The translations under genes were made by a program, and so were the position numbers. Of a DNA stretch of 64,000 nucleotides, positions 1 through 10,422 are shown one piece after another (positions within the stretch are counted from its first letter, which is position 1; the number at the start of each line of letters is the position of its first letter). Below the pieces are notes generated by a model, which saw only the letters and a program-made list of their open reading frames with translations, did not search any database and had not been told where the DNA came from. Where the stretch lies: IMG/VR virus record IMGVR_UViG_3300010885_038456, positions 3,423-67,422 of that record. One strand, 5' to 3'. Source of the DNA: a virus.

Positions 1-69
1 GTAGATGGTATAGAAGGTACGTTTACCAATTGGAAACCACGTCAGAAGTATAATTTAGTAAAAATATAA
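1..69 (+). CDS. 3' end of upstream gene (partial), probably a glycosyltransferase-cluster gene
   Basis: Frame open from base 1 (VDGIEGTFTNWKPRQKYNLVKI*), stop 6 nt before the next ATG. Confidence 0.6.
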   Translation, partial: VDGIEGTFTNWKPRQKYNLVKI

Positions 70-75
70 GAAGTT

Positions 76-1344
76 ATGAATAGACCAACGTTAGTATACC
101 AAGCTCCAGTAGCAACTCGAAGTGGTTATGGAGAACATTCGAGAGATTTATTACATTCTCTATATACATTAAATAGGTTTGATATTAAAATCGTTTCTAC
201 GAGATGGGGTTCGACTCCAATGGATGCATTAAACTATGATAATGCATTTCATAAATGGGTAGTTGATAACATAGTTCAGAATGTATCAGAGAAGCCAGAT
301 ATCTATATTCAGGTAACCGTACCAAATGAGTTCCAACCAATGGGACATTATAACATAGGCATTACAGCCGGTATCGAAACTACCGCATGTGCTATTGATT
401 GGATACATGGGTGTAACAGAATGGACTTAATAATTGCACCATCTGAACATGCTAAGTTGAGTTTAGTTGGAACAATCTATACCGAAACGGATAAGAACAC
501 CAAACAACTGATTAAACAACATAGAGTTGAGAAACCGGTTCATGTATTATTTGAAGGGTTCGATGAAGAGGATTTTGCTACAAAGGAGATAGCACCTATT
601 GCACAATTAGATGAGATTCCCGAAGAGTTTGCATTCTTATTCGTTGGACATTGGTTACGTGGTAACTTAGGAGAAGACCGTAAGAATATCGGTATGATGA
701 TAAAAGCATTTGCTACATCATTTAAGAATGAAAAGGTTAAGCCAGCATTGGTTTTAAAAACATCAGCAGGTGCATTTAGTATATTGGATAGAGAACGAGT
801 TGTGAGTATGATTCGTCAGACATTAGGTTCTGATTATGGTACTGTTCCGGTTTATCTATTGCATGGTGATTTAACTCAAGCTGAGATGAATGGATTATAC
901 GAACATCCAAAGGTGAAAGCAATGTTAAACTTTACCAAAGGTGAAGGATTCGGCAGACCACTATTAGAGTTTAGTTTGACTGGTAAACCAATCTTAGTAA
1001 GTAATTGGAGTGGACATTTAGATTTTCTAAAAGAAGGAGCAGTATTATTGGAAGGTGAGTTGAAAGAAGTACATGAATCGGCAGCAGACCAATTTCTACT
1101 TAAAGAATCAAAATGGTTTAATGTAAATATTTCGAAAGCATTACCACTAATCAAAGATGTATATAAGAACTATAAAAAGTATAAGATATCAGCTGAGAAG
1201 TTAGCTAAGCACAACATTGCAACATTTGGGTTATCGAAAATGACGGAAGGGTTTGATAATATATTACAAACTTACGATATTTATAATAAGATACAACCTA
1301 AATTTGAGAAACTGAAACTACCAAAGTTGAAAACGCTTAACTAA
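76..1344 (+). CDS. GT-B fold glycosyltransferase (GT4-like)
   Basis: N-terminal SGYGEHSR; C-terminal KGEGFGRPLLE (EX7E) and SNWSGHLDF motifs. Confidence 0.85.
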   Translation: MNRPTLVYQAPVATRSGYGEHSRDLLHSLYTLNRFDIKIVSTRWGSTPMDALNYDNAFHKWVVDNIVQNVSEKPDIYIQVTVPNEFQPMGHYNIGITAGIETTACAIDWIHGCNRMDLIIAPSEHAKLSLVGTIYTETDKNTKQLIKQHRVEKPVHVLFEGFDEEDFATKEIAPIAQLDEIPEEFAFLFVGHWLRGNLGEDRKNIGMMIKAFATSFKNEKVKPALVLKTSAGAFSILDRERVVSMIRQTLGSDYGTVPVYLLHGDLTQAEMNGLYEHPKVKAMLNFTKGEGFGRPLLEFSLTGKPILVSNWSGHLDFLKEGAVLLEGELKEVHESAADQFLLKESKWFNVNISKALPLIKDVYKNYKKYKISAEKLAKHNIATFGLSKMTEGFDNILQTYDIYNKIQPKFEKLKLPKLKTLN

Positions 1345-1817
1345 TGAGAAGCTATAATCCCATATATCGTAAGTTTATTGATGATAAGAAACGAATTGTG
1401 CCCGAAACTATGGTTAGGGCAAAATTCTATCTTATAAAACAATACGAATATGTGGATGGCACTAAGGGTGTTTATGGCGAATCTACTGCACCTATTATAT
1501 ACACATTGTTTGTATCAAAATCAAAAGATGTAGTTCATTGTGTTAAGGTATCAACGATTAATCCACAATTGATAAAGAAGTTCTTTGGTAAGTTCGTAAA
1601 TGAGAATACTGAAAAGCTGGAAATGAAGGGTGGAGCAAAAGCATTCTACCAATCAGTAGTTAGTAAAGTTCCCATAATTACAAATGATTCGTATAGAACA
1701 TATAAGTTAAGTGGACTTGGTTCTGTTGTTGAATTGAATATGGATGTAAATGAGCTAACACCTACACATAAGAATGTAACGGGCATAGATGAAAATACAC
1801 AAACACGTAATAAATAA
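1344..1817 (+). CDS. hypothetical protein
   Basis: 157 aa ORF, TAATG-coupled to the upstream gene. Confidence 0.75.
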   Translation: MRSYNPIYRKFIDDKKRIVPETMVRAKFYLIKQYEYVDGTKGVYGESTAPIIYTLFVSKSKDVVHCVKVSTINPQLIKKFFGKFVNENTEKLEMKGGAKAFYQSVVSKVPIITNDSYRTYKLSGLGSVVELNMDVNELTPTHKNVTGIDENTQTRNK

Positions 1818-1822
1818 TAGAT

Positions 1823-2068
1823 ATGGATTCACATGATTTTACACTTTGGTTAAGAGGGTTTGCAGCAGGTAATACTTCGGCATTAACAAAGGAACAATGG
1901 AGTATTGTGGTAGATAAACTGAACTCAGTAGTTGACGCAGTAAATCCACATATACTATTGGATAGTAACAAAAACACATCTCCAAATCCATATAAACCAA
2001 GTTGGACACCACCTACTATGGAAAAAGAAGGTACAGCTACTATTCGTTCTAAATACGAACGTTGGTAG
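1823..2068 (+). CDS. hypothetical phage protein
   Basis: 81 aa ORF in operon; FTLWLRGF N-terminal motif. Confidence 0.7.
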   Translation: MDSHDFTLWLRGFAAGNTSALTKEQWSIVVDKLNSVVDAVNPHILLDSNKNTSPNPYKPSWTPPTMEKEGTATIRSKYERW

Positions 2069-2095
2069 AATTATTAAAGTATAAATTAAAAGGTT

Positions 2096-2728
2096 ATGGA
2101 AAATATAAAGATATCATACGCAATTACCGTATGCAACGAGTTCGATGAAACAATTACATTACTGACTCAACTATTAAACTATAAAGGTGAGAATAGTGAG
2201 ATAGTGGTATTATTGGATACACCCAAAGCATCGCCAGAATTAATTGAGTATTTAGAGTTACATGCTGATTCCGAACGAATAAAACTTATCGAATCGGAGT
2301 TTGGTAATGATTTTGCACACTGGAAGAACTTTCTCAATTCAAATTGTAGTGGAGAGTGGATTTTTCAATTGGATGCAGATGAAAACTTAGACCCCAATCT
2401 TATTATTAATTTAGAAGAACTACTTGATACCAACTCTGATAAGGATTTGATTATAGTTCCACGTATTAATATTGTCAATGGTATTACTGATGAACATATT
2501 CAAAAATGGGGATGGGTTGTAAATGAGAAAGGATATATCAACCACCCCGATTATCAGACAAGAATTTACAAACGTTCTGATAAAATAGGTTGGGTGAATA
2601 AAGTGCATGAAAAGATTGTAGGATTTGAAAGTTATACATCATTTCCAACAGATGATATCTACTGCATCAGACACATTAAAGAGATTAATAGACAAGAGAA
2701 GCAAAACGATTTCTATAATACATTATGA
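2096..2728 (+). CDS. GT2 family glycosyltransferase
   Basis: ISYAITVCNE start, WIFQLDADE (DxD), PDYQTRIY, VHE motifs. Confidence 0.85.
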   Translation: MENIKISYAITVCNEFDETITLLTQLLNYKGENSEIVVLLDTPKASPELIEYLELHADSERIKLIESEFGNDFAHWKNFLNSNCSGEWIFQLDADENLDPNLIINLEELLDTNSDKDLIIVPRINIVNGITDEHIQKWGWVVNEKGYINHPDYQTRIYKRSDKIGWVNKVHEKIVGFESYTSFPTDDIYCIRHIKEINRQEKQNDFYNTL

Positions 2729-3615
2729 AAATAACGTTTATATACGCATACGAAGGTGGTGAAGAGTGGAGTACACCAATGGCGTTGGTTAATGAATTCA
2801 AACTAAAAGGTTGGGATACTGAGATAATATCAATAGGTTCTAATCGTACAGGGCATTATCACGATATCGATTTAAAACAATGGGTTGAATCAAAGCCGGA
2901 TACTGATATTGTATTGTTTATGGATTGGGGTAGGTTTGATTCTCAATATCTAAACAAAGAGTTAGTTCCTAACGCATTTTGGATACAAGAGAGTGGAGAT
3001 GACCCACAAAACTTCGATAGAAATTCACCAAAGGCAAATCGATTCCATATAACAATTACAACCGATACTCGTGCTTGTGATGAATATCGTAATAGAGGTA
3101 TAGATGCAATATGGATACCACACTTTGCAGATACTGCTGTTCAGTTTCCGATGAATTTAGAACCAAAATATGTAGCAGTTACCACTCGAGGGCTTGGAAA
3201 TTCGGAATTTTTAGATTATATTACGAACTGGGCAGAAGGTTCAATCGGAAATAAAGGTGGAATGGGTGCATTAGACCATACTGAGTTTTTGAATACGGGA
3301 TTAATGGTTATTCAGAATAGCAGATGGAAAGAAATCACTCGTAGAATCTTCGAAGGAATGGCTTGTGGTAAGTTGGTAATAACGGATAGGTTACCAATAG
3401 AAACAAAACTACAAGAGTTATTCATAGAAGGTGAGGATATCATTTATTACGATGATATGTTTGATTGTATTGAGAAGATGAACTATTATACGGATAATGA
3501 AGATGAACGTGAGAGAATAGCTCACAACGGAATGATAAAAGTATTACATAATTACACACAAGTACAAGTTGTGGATAAATTAATAGAAAAATGGAAAAGT
3601 TACCAATCAGTATAG
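2725..3615 (+). CDS. GT-B glycosyltransferase (CgeB/Glyco_trans_1_2-like)
   Basis: RIFEGMACGKLVITD...LF.EGEDIIYY...ERERIAHNG...H.Y C-terminal signature. Confidence 0.8.
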   Translation: MKITFIYAYEGGEEWSTPMALVNEFKLKGWDTEIISIGSNRTGHYHDIDLKQWVESKPDTDIVLFMDWGRFDSQYLNKELVPNAFWIQESGDDPQNFDRNSPKANRFHITITTDTRACDEYRNRGIDAIWIPHFADTAVQFPMNLEPKYVAVTTRGLGNSEFLDYITNWAEGSIGNKGGMGALDHTEFLNTGLMVIQNSRWKEITRRIFEGMACGKLVITDRLPIETKLQELFIEGEDIIYYDDMFDCIEKMNYYTDNEDERERIAHNGMIKVLHNYTQVQVVDKLIEKWKSYQSV

Positions 3616-4331
3616 GAGTATTAGCATGGCATAGTGGGCAGGTATTAGTAGACACGCTAACCACATATTACGAAAATGGATTATTTGATATTTCAAATGA
3701 TATTACAATACTTTTTCAAGAGGCAAACGGAATAGATAAAGAAATAGCAGAACATTTTGGATTAAAAGCTATTTATGAAGTTGAAAATATTGGAATAGGA
3801 AAAGCATTCATCAAACTTACAGAATCAGCACAGACTGATAATGTAATGGTATTGGAGCATGATTGGAACTTAATTGAAAATCCAACAACTACATATGATA
3901 GATTACAGAGTGGAATTGGATTATTGGATAATGGATATGCGTGTGTAAGATACAGACATAGAGAACAACCAGGTCACCCACACTTTTCATTTAGACATAG
4001 AGGTAATGAGTTAAACTACTATGATCCAGAGATTGAGTGTACTTCTCCGCATCTATTGGATTCTGTACATTGGTTAGACCCTGCTGTTGAGTTTCCAGAT
4101 AAGATACAACGTGATGGTGATTATTTTGTTTCAACATCTCGTTGGGCAAATTGGACCAATAATCCATCTTTATATAAGAGAAACTTCTATTTAGATACAG
4201 TTGAAGGATTTGCAGGAGATGGTATTGCATTAGAAGGAAACATTAGTAAATGGTGGGCACAGCAAACATATAAAGTAGCACACGGTGAAGGATTATTTAA
4301 ACATAATGATTGGGCAAAATATGGAAGATAA
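3591..4331 (+). CDS. putative GT-A glycosyltransferase
   Basis: ENIGIG and VMVLEHDW motifs; cluster context. Confidence 0.65.
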   Translation: MEKLPISIGVLAWHSGQVLVDTLTTYYENGLFDISNDITILFQEANGIDKEIAEHFGLKAIYEVENIGIGKAFIKLTESAQTDNVMVLEHDWNLIENPTTTYDRLQSGIGLLDNGYACVRYRHREQPGHPHFSFRHRGNELNYYDPEIECTSPHLLDSVHWLDPAVEFPDKIQRDGDYFVSTSRWANWTNNPSLYKRNFYLDTVEGFAGDGIALEGNISKWWAQQTYKVAHGEGLFKHNDWAKYGR

Positions 4332-5037
4332 AAAATTAAATATTCTCATACCAATGGCAGGTGCGGGAAGTAGATTTCAATCGGTGGGATATAAATTACC
4401 AAAACCATTGATTAATGCGAATGGTAAACCTATGATACAGGTTGTAGTTGATAATATAAAGTTAGATGCTACGTTTACATTTGTTGTTCAATCATCACAT
4501 AGAAAATTATACGATTTAGATAATATATTGGGTACAATTGCACCTGGATGTAATATCGTAGAAGTTGATGGAGTAACAGAAGGAGCAGCATGTACTACAT
4601 TGTTAGCAAAGGAATACATTAACAACCAACTACCACTTATTATATCTAACTCAGATGAGTTCTTAGAGTGGGATGAATTTGATTTCATTGAAAAGTGTAA
4701 AGGTATCGATGGCAATATTGTTACATTCAAGCATTTGGATACAAAGTGGTCTTTTGCTAAAGTAGTTGATGGGTATGTAACAGAAGTAGCTGAGAAGAGA
4801 CCAATATCAGATAATGCAACTGCTGGAATTTATTATTGGACAAAGGGGTCGGATTATGTAAAATATGCTGAACAGATGATAGATAAGAATATCAGAGTTA
4901 ATAATGAGTTCTATGTAGCACCTGTTTATAACGAAGCAATCGCAGATGGTAAATTAGTTAAAATATATAACATAGAAAAAGTTTGGGGATTGGGTACACC
5001 TGAAGACTTGAACTATTATTTAGAAAATCACAAATGA
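4321..5037 (+). CDS. sugar nucleotidyltransferase (NTP_transferase, dTDP-glucose pyrophosphorylase-like)
   Basis: ILIPMAGAGSRF..GY.LPKPLI, VAEKRPIS, GLGTPEDL; ATG at 4321 is the likely start rather than GTG at 4285. Confidence 0.85.
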   Translation: MEDKKLNILIPMAGAGSRFQSVGYKLPKPLINANGKPMIQVVVDNIKLDATFTFVVQSSHRKLYDLDNILGTIAPGCNIVEVDGVTEGAACTTLLAKEYINNQLPLIISNSDEFLEWDEFDFIEKCKGIDGNIVTFKHLDTKWSFAKVVDGYVTEVAEKRPISDNATAGIYYWTKGSDYVKYAEQMIDKNIRVNNEFYVAPVYNEAIADGKLVKIYNIEKVWGLGTPEDLNYYLENHK

Positions 5038-5489
5038 TACTAATTTCTCACAGAGGTAACATAAATGGCCGGATTGAAGAGGTAGAAAACAATCCCGAAT
5101 ACATAGATTCTGCAATCAAAGCAGGATATGATGTTGAAATAGATGCATGGGTAGTAAATGGGTTTATAATGTTAGGACACGATGAACCAACGTATCCAGT
5201 AGATATTGAGTGGTTGCGTAGTAGAATAACTAAGTTATGGATTCATTGTAAGAATATAGCAGCATTGGAATTATTTGATGAGTTAGTTGAGTTCCATTAT
5301 TTTTGGCATGAATCTGATACCGTTACTATAACATCACAAATGGTAATTTGGGCATATCCAGGTAATCAACCAATTAAGAATAGTATAGCAGTAATGCCTG
5401 AAATGTGTAAAGATAACATTACAGAGTGTTTAGGAATTTGTTCGGATTATATAAAACTTTACAGAAATGAAATTAAACAAGCTGAGTGA
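5034..5489 (+). CDS. PLC-like/GDPD-like phosphodiesterase
   Basis: ISHRGN, ENNPEYI, DVEIDAW, LGHD, WIHCKN motifs. Confidence 0.75.
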   Translation: MILISHRGNINGRIEEVENNPEYIDSAIKAGYDVEIDAWVVNGFIMLGHDEPTYPVDIEWLRSRITKLWIHCKNIAALELFDELVEFHYFWHESDTVTITSQMVIWAYPGNQPIKNSIAVMPEMCKDNITECLGICSDYIKLYRNEIKQAE

Positions 5490-5787
5490 TATGGTTAAAG
5501 GGTGGTTTGTAGGAAACTTTGAACCAACTTTATATAAGACAACCGATGTTGAAGTAGCAGTAAAGAGATACAAAGCCGGAGAGCGTGATACTAAGCATTA
5601 TCATAAAATAGCAACAGAAATATCAGTAATATTGGATGGACGAGCTATTATGAATGGTGTTGAATATTCCGATGGAGATATAATAACGGTAGAACCAAAC
5701 GATGTAACTGAGTTTGAAGCAATTGATGATATCACAATTATCGTAGTTAAGATTCCAGGTGCAGAAAACGATAAATATTTAGTATGA
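5467..5787 (+). CDS. cupin-domain protein
   Basis: KHYHKIATE...GDIITVEPN cupin motifs. Confidence 0.75.
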   Translation: MKLNKLSDMVKGWFVGNFEPTLYKTTDVEVAVKRYKAGERDTKHYHKIATEISVILDGRAIMNGVEYSDGDIITVEPNDVTEFEAIDDITIIVVKIPGAENDKYLV

Positions 5788-6431
5788 AAGTAGCATTAGT
5801 ATTATCCGGATTACCCAGAAAAGTTGTAGAAGCATATGATATGTGTTGGGGGCATATCATTGAAAACTATGATACGGATGTATACCTGCACTTTTGGAAG
5901 AATGAAGAATATGAGAAAGTATTGCAAGTGTATACTCCAAAAAAATACATATGTGAAGAACCATTTTCATTTGAGGATTTCAGAAAAGGAGTAACAAAAA
6001 CGGGAGATAACCCATTTAATTTGGAAACACCATATGAGTTTAATGATAACTTTGGTGGATTTCCAATGTATCACGGGTGGCAACAATCGGTTAAACTAAT
6101 AGAAGGTGAATATGATTGTGTTATTCGAAGTAGATATGATTTAGGAAGTGAACGTATATTCTTAGAAAAGTTAGATTTAACAAAGATAAACATATCTGCT
6201 CACCACTGGGAAGGTAGTGTTATACCGGATGATAATCTATTCATAACAAATCAAACACTTACAACCTTATTATTTTCTGATATATTTGATGAGTTTGTTT
6301 CGTATGTTAGAAAGACTGGACAAGTTTCAACTCCAGAACGAAATCTTATGGAGATATTAAATAGAAAAGACTTATATAAATATATTAACAAAACATACGA
6401 TTTGAATTTTAAATTATTACGAGAAAAATAG
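5784..6431 (+). CDS. putative glycosyltransferase-like protein
   Basis: MKVALVLSGLPR, DVYLHFW, YDCVIRSRYD; family typical of viral glycan clusters. Confidence 0.6.
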   Translation: MKVALVLSGLPRKVVEAYDMCWGHIIENYDTDVYLHFWKNEEYEKVLQVYTPKKYICEEPFSFEDFRKGVTKTGDNPFNLETPYEFNDNFGGFPMYHGWQQSVKLIEGEYDCVIRSRYDLGSERIFLEKLDLTKINISAHHWEGSVIPDDNLFITNQTLTTLLFSDIFDEFVSYVRKTGQVSTPERNLMEILNRKDLYKYINKTYDLNFKLLREK

Positions 6432-6433
6432 AT

Positions 6434-7627
6434 ATGAAAACAATCAACACACCAATTCAGTTATTTAAAGTCCATATGAATCCAAACGCCAAAGTAGAAG
6501 TTGGTAAGGTATTGGATAGTGGTTACATTGGACAAGGACCTAAAGTAGAAGAGTTCGAAGCAAATTTGAATGAATACTTCAATTCAGATAAGGTAATCAC
6601 ATTAAATTCTGGAACTTCCGGATTACATTTGGCATTACAATTATTAAAGAAACCATTAGTTTCTGAGAAAACACCATGGCCGGGTGTAATGTATACAGAC
6701 CGATGGCCTGGAATCCAACCTGGTGATGAAATACTTGCAACTGCATTGACTTGTACTGCTTCTAATTGGCCGATATTAGCAAATGGATTAAGCATTAAGT
6801 GGGTTGACATCGATGAGAAAACATTGAATATGGATTTAGATGATTTGGAAAGAAAGTTAAGTCCAAAAACCAAAGCAATTATGGCAGTTCATTGGGGTGG
6901 GTATCCATTGGATTTAGATAGACTTGCTGAGATACAATCCAAATGTCAGAAAATGTATGGATTTAAACCTGCGATAATCGAAGATGGTGCACATTCATTT
7001 GGGTCTGAGTATAAAGGAAAGAAGCTCGGTAATCATGGTAATATTGTTATGTATTCATTGCAGGCAATTAAACACATTACTGCAATTGATGGTGGGTTGT
7101 TGATATTACCACATACTGAATTATACAATAGAGCAAAACTACTTCGTTGGTATGGTATCGACAGGAATAGTAATAAGAAGGATTTCAGATGTGAAGCAGA
7201 TATACCAGAGTGGGGATTTAAGTTTCATATGAACGATGTATGTGCTACTGTTGGTATTGAGAATCTAAAAGATGCAGACACTATTATCTCAAAGCACAGA
7301 GCAAATGCTAAGTTCTATGATGTAAACCTAAAAGGAGTTAATGGTGTTACATTATTGGAAAGAAAAGAAGGACATAATTCAGCATTTTGGATTTATAGTA
7401 TGTTAGTAGAAAACAGAGATGCATTCTATGCATGGATGAAAAAATGCAATATTGTAGTATCACAGGTACATGAACGAAATGATAAACATACGTGTGTAAA
7501 TGAGTTTGTATCGGCGTTACCAACATTGGATAGGGTATTACCAAAAGTAGTATCAATACCGGTTGGATGGTGGGTAACTGAAGAAGAAAGACAATATATT
7601 GTTGATTGTATTAAGCAGGGTTGGTAA
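6434..7627 (+). CDS. DegT/DnrJ/EryC1/StrS PLP-dependent sugar aminotransferase
   Basis: GPKVEEFE, NSGTSGLHLAL, VHWGGYP, IIEDGAHSFG, SLQAIKHIT (Schiff-base Lys). Confidence 0.92.
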   Translation: MKTINTPIQLFKVHMNPNAKVEVGKVLDSGYIGQGPKVEEFEANLNEYFNSDKVITLNSGTSGLHLALQLLKKPLVSEKTPWPGVMYTDRWPGIQPGDEILATALTCTASNWPILANGLSIKWVDIDEKTLNMDLDDLERKLSPKTKAIMAVHWGGYPLDLDRLAEIQSKCQKMYGFKPAIIEDGAHSFGSEYKGKKLGNHGNIVMYSLQAIKHITAIDGGLLILPHTELYNRAKLLRWYGIDRNSNKKDFRCEADIPEWGFKFHMNDVCATVGIENLKDADTIISKHRANAKFYDVNLKGVNGVTLLERKEGHNSAFWIYSMLVENRDAFYAWMKKCNIVVSQVHERNDKHTCVNEFVSALPTLDRVLPKVVSIPVGWWVTEEERQYIVDCIKQGW

Positions 7628-8223
7628 TGGATATACTAATATATGGTTCAACATATTTGACTCAAAAAGTATGTGAAGAATTATTGAAATACGATGAGTA
7701 TAATATAATTGGATATATCCCATCAGCCAATCCTACGATAAAAGGGATTATACCACCATCGATTAAACCAATAGAATTTACCGATAAATATGATATAGCT
7801 ATTTCGATACAATATGATAAAAAAATATTAAATTTGGATAATTGTTTTAACTTACATACGGGATTACTTCCTGAGTGGGGTGGTTGTGATATTTTATATC
7901 ATAGTATTAAACAAAAGATCAAATATCAGGGGTTAACTTTTCATAAAATAAATAATAAGTTTGATTCTGGAGAAATAATTTCAAAAATATCATATCCAAT
8001 ATTACCTACTGATACCATTTTAGAACTATATGATAATATGGTATTATTATCTCCGTTATTTGTAAAAAATTGTATAGAGTTGGTATCCAAAATGGGTAAT
8101 GGTGCATTACAATATTTGGAAATCAATGAACCAACGATATACAACCGAGGTAATATTTTAGATGAGGATATTGGGTTGTACAAAGAAACATTGAAGAAAT
8201 TAAAAGATAGGTACGAACTATAA
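7627..8223 (+). CDS. sugar N-formyltransferase-like protein
   Basis: FNLHTGLLPEWGG, GLTFHKI...FDSGEII formyltransferase motifs. Confidence 0.8.
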   Translation: MDILIYGSTYLTQKVCEELLKYDEYNIIGYIPSANPTIKGIIPPSIKPIEFTDKYDIAISIQYDKKILNLDNCFNLHTGLLPEWGGCDILYHSIKQKIKYQGLTFHKINNKFDSGEIISKISYPILPTDTILELYDNMVLLSPLFVKNCIELVSKMGNGALQYLEINEPTIYNRGNILDEDIGLYKETLKKLKDRYEL

Positions 8224-8243
8224 AATATTAAAACGGCTAATAA

Positions 8244-9179
8244 ATGAAAATAAATAATATTGGTATAATTGGAATTGGTTCATATGTTCCAGAAAAGATA
8301 TTAACCAATGCGGATATTGATTTATTGGGTAATGGTACGAACTCAGATTGGACAAGAGAAAAATTAGGAATCGAAGAAAGAAGAATTGTACAAGATGAAG
8401 TTCCATCTGATTTGGCATACCATGCAGCGATGGCAGCGATAGAAGATGCTGGTATAACTAAGGATGATATTGATTTAATTATAGTTGCAACATCAAGTCC
8501 CGATAGAATTTCACCATCTACTGCTATTATTATGGCTAAGAGGTTGGGTATTAAAAAACCAGCGTTTGATATAAATGCAGTTTGTACCGGATTTGTATAT
8601 GGGTTACAGATGGCATCAAGTTTAATAAGTGTAAAACAATATAAGAATATTTTATTAATCGGAGCAGATGCATATTCCAGAATAACAGATTGGAATAGAA
8701 AAGATTGTGTTTTCTTTGGCGATGGGGCAGGTGCTATAATCTTATCTGAAGTAAAAAACGGATGGATAAATACCGATTTATATGGTGATGCAAATGGTAA
8801 AGAAGCATTTACGTGTCATCATTCGGGTACATTTAAAATGGATGGTAAAGCCGTATATGATTTTGGTACTAGTATTTTACCTTCAACTATTAAAAGTTCA
8901 TTGGAGAACTTAAACATTTCTAACGAAGATGTTGCATGGATTATTCCACATCAACCTGGTCATAGGGTTTTATTAAAAACGGCAGAGGTACTTGATTTCC
9001 CAGTTGAAAAGATAGTATTCAATATGGCAAAGTTTGCTAACACAGCAGGTGCTTCGATTCCAATGGCATTGGATAGTATATATAAACAAAATAAAATAAA
9101 AAACGGAGATATACTTGTTATGCCAGCGATTGGGTCCGGGTGGACATATGGTGTTAGTATTTTAAAATATATTAAATGA
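8244..9179 (+). CDS. fabH: 3-oxoacyl-ACP synthase III
   Basis: GSYVPEKILTN, DINAVCTGF (Cys), FGDGAGA, IPHQPG (His), ANTAGAS (Asn). Confidence 0.92.
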   Translation: MKINNIGIIGIGSYVPEKILTNADIDLLGNGTNSDWTREKLGIEERRIVQDEVPSDLAYHAAMAAIEDAGITKDDIDLIIVATSSPDRISPSTAIIMAKRLGIKKPAFDINAVCTGFVYGLQMASSLISVKQYKNILLIGADAYSRITDWNRKDCVFFGDGAGAIILSEVKNGWINTDLYGDANGKEAFTCHHSGTFKMDGKAVYDFGTSILPSTIKSSLENLNISNEDVAWIIPHQPGHRVLLKTAEVLDFPVEKIVFNMAKFANTAGASIPMALDSIYKQNKIKNGDILVMPAIGSGWTYGVSILKYIK

Positions 9180-9820
9180 AAAAAATAATAGTATTTGGTG
9201 GAACTGGTGGGCTTGGTAGTAAATTAGTACCACTATTGGAACAAAAATACAATGTAGTATCGGTTGGAAGTAAGGATGTCGATATCATATCATTTGATGC
9301 AGTTAAACACTTTTTTGATTCAAATGAGTATGATATTGTTTTAAATATGAGTGCAAAAAAGTATGATGTATTTTTGAGTAAAATAACAAAAGATGACCAA
9401 GAAGAAATAGATAAAATGATTGATGTAAATATAAAAGGTAATATTAATATAATATCATCTTGTTTACCAAAAATGATTGAAAAAAGATATGGTAGAATTA
9501 TAGCAATATCATCAGTATTTTCTGAAATGAATATACCAAAAAATTCAGTTTATTGCGCATCAAAAGCATTTGTAGATAGGTTAGTTAGTAATGCAAATAA
9601 AGAAAATGTAAAATTTGGAATCACTTGTAATACCATTCAATTGGGATATTGGGATGGTGGTATGGGCCAAAGAGTTGAAGAAAAGTATCAAGAGATGGCT
9701 AAAGAAACGATTGGTTTAAAAAGATGGGGAAATATTCAAGAGTTGTACAATACTATTGATTATATCATAGAAAATGAGTATGTTTCTGGTACAAATCTAA
9801 GAATAGATGGGGGATTATAA
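9176..9820 (+). CDS. SDR oxidoreductase (FabG-like)
   Basis: GGTGGLG, YCASK (YxxxK), GTNLRIDGG. Confidence 0.85.
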   Translation: MKKIIVFGGTGGLGSKLVPLLEQKYNVVSVGSKDVDIISFDAVKHFFDSNEYDIVLNMSAKKYDVFLSKITKDDQEEIDKMIDVNIKGNINIISSCLPKMIEKRYGRIIAISSVFSEMNIPKNSVYCASKAFVDRLVSNANKENVKFGITCNTIQLGYWDGGMGQRVEEKYQEMAKETIGLKRWGNIQELYNTIDYIIENEYVSGTNLRIDGGL

Positions 9821-9829
9821 ATTAATGTT

Positions 9830-10408
9830 ATGTATATACACAAAAATGGAATTGCTTTACGCAAAATAGAAAAAACTGATTTACCAAAATTAAAAGATTT
9901 AAAAAATGAGTCTTGGTTTGGTACACATAACATTACATTACTAAATGATTATGAACAAGAAAAATGGTTTGAATCTTTAAATAGACATACTCATTTAATT
10001 CTAATTGCAATTGATACTAAGACAGATAATGAAGTTGGATTATATAAAATACAGAATATTGATTGGTATAATAGGACATATGCTTCTTCTCATGATGTTT
10101 TTAAAGAACATAGAGGTAGGGGATTTTCTAAACCCATACTGTGTGCAGGTACGGATTTTGCATTTGAGGTTTTAAATATGAATAGAATTGATGGTGAAAT
10201 ATTAGAAAATAATTTAGCAAGTATTAAATCAGCAGAATATGCCGGTTTTAAACAAGAAGGTATTAGGAGAAAATCAATTCATAAATGTGGAGAATATCTA
10301 GATAGTATTTACATAGGTATACTAAAAGAAGATTGGGTAAATTTAGAAAGAATAAAAAACTATGGTGGTATATGCAATATATCATATACACCTAAAAATA
10401 ATTTATAA
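9830..10408 (+). CDS. GNAT N-acyltransferase (RimJ/PseH-like)
   Basis: RGRGFS acyl-CoA motif; LNMNRI..EILENN.AS...AGFKQEG.RR. Confidence 0.85.
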   Translation: MYIHKNGIALRKIEKTDLPKLKDLKNESWFGTHNITLLNDYEQEKWFESLNRHTHLILIAIDTKTDNEVGLYKIQNIDWYNRTYASSHDVFKEHRGRGFSKPILCAGTDFAFEVLNMNRIDGEILENNLASIKSAEYAGFKQEGIRRKSIHKCGEYLDSIYIGILKEDWVNLERIKNYGGICNISYTPKNNL

Positions 10409-10422
10409 AAATAAATAAAATT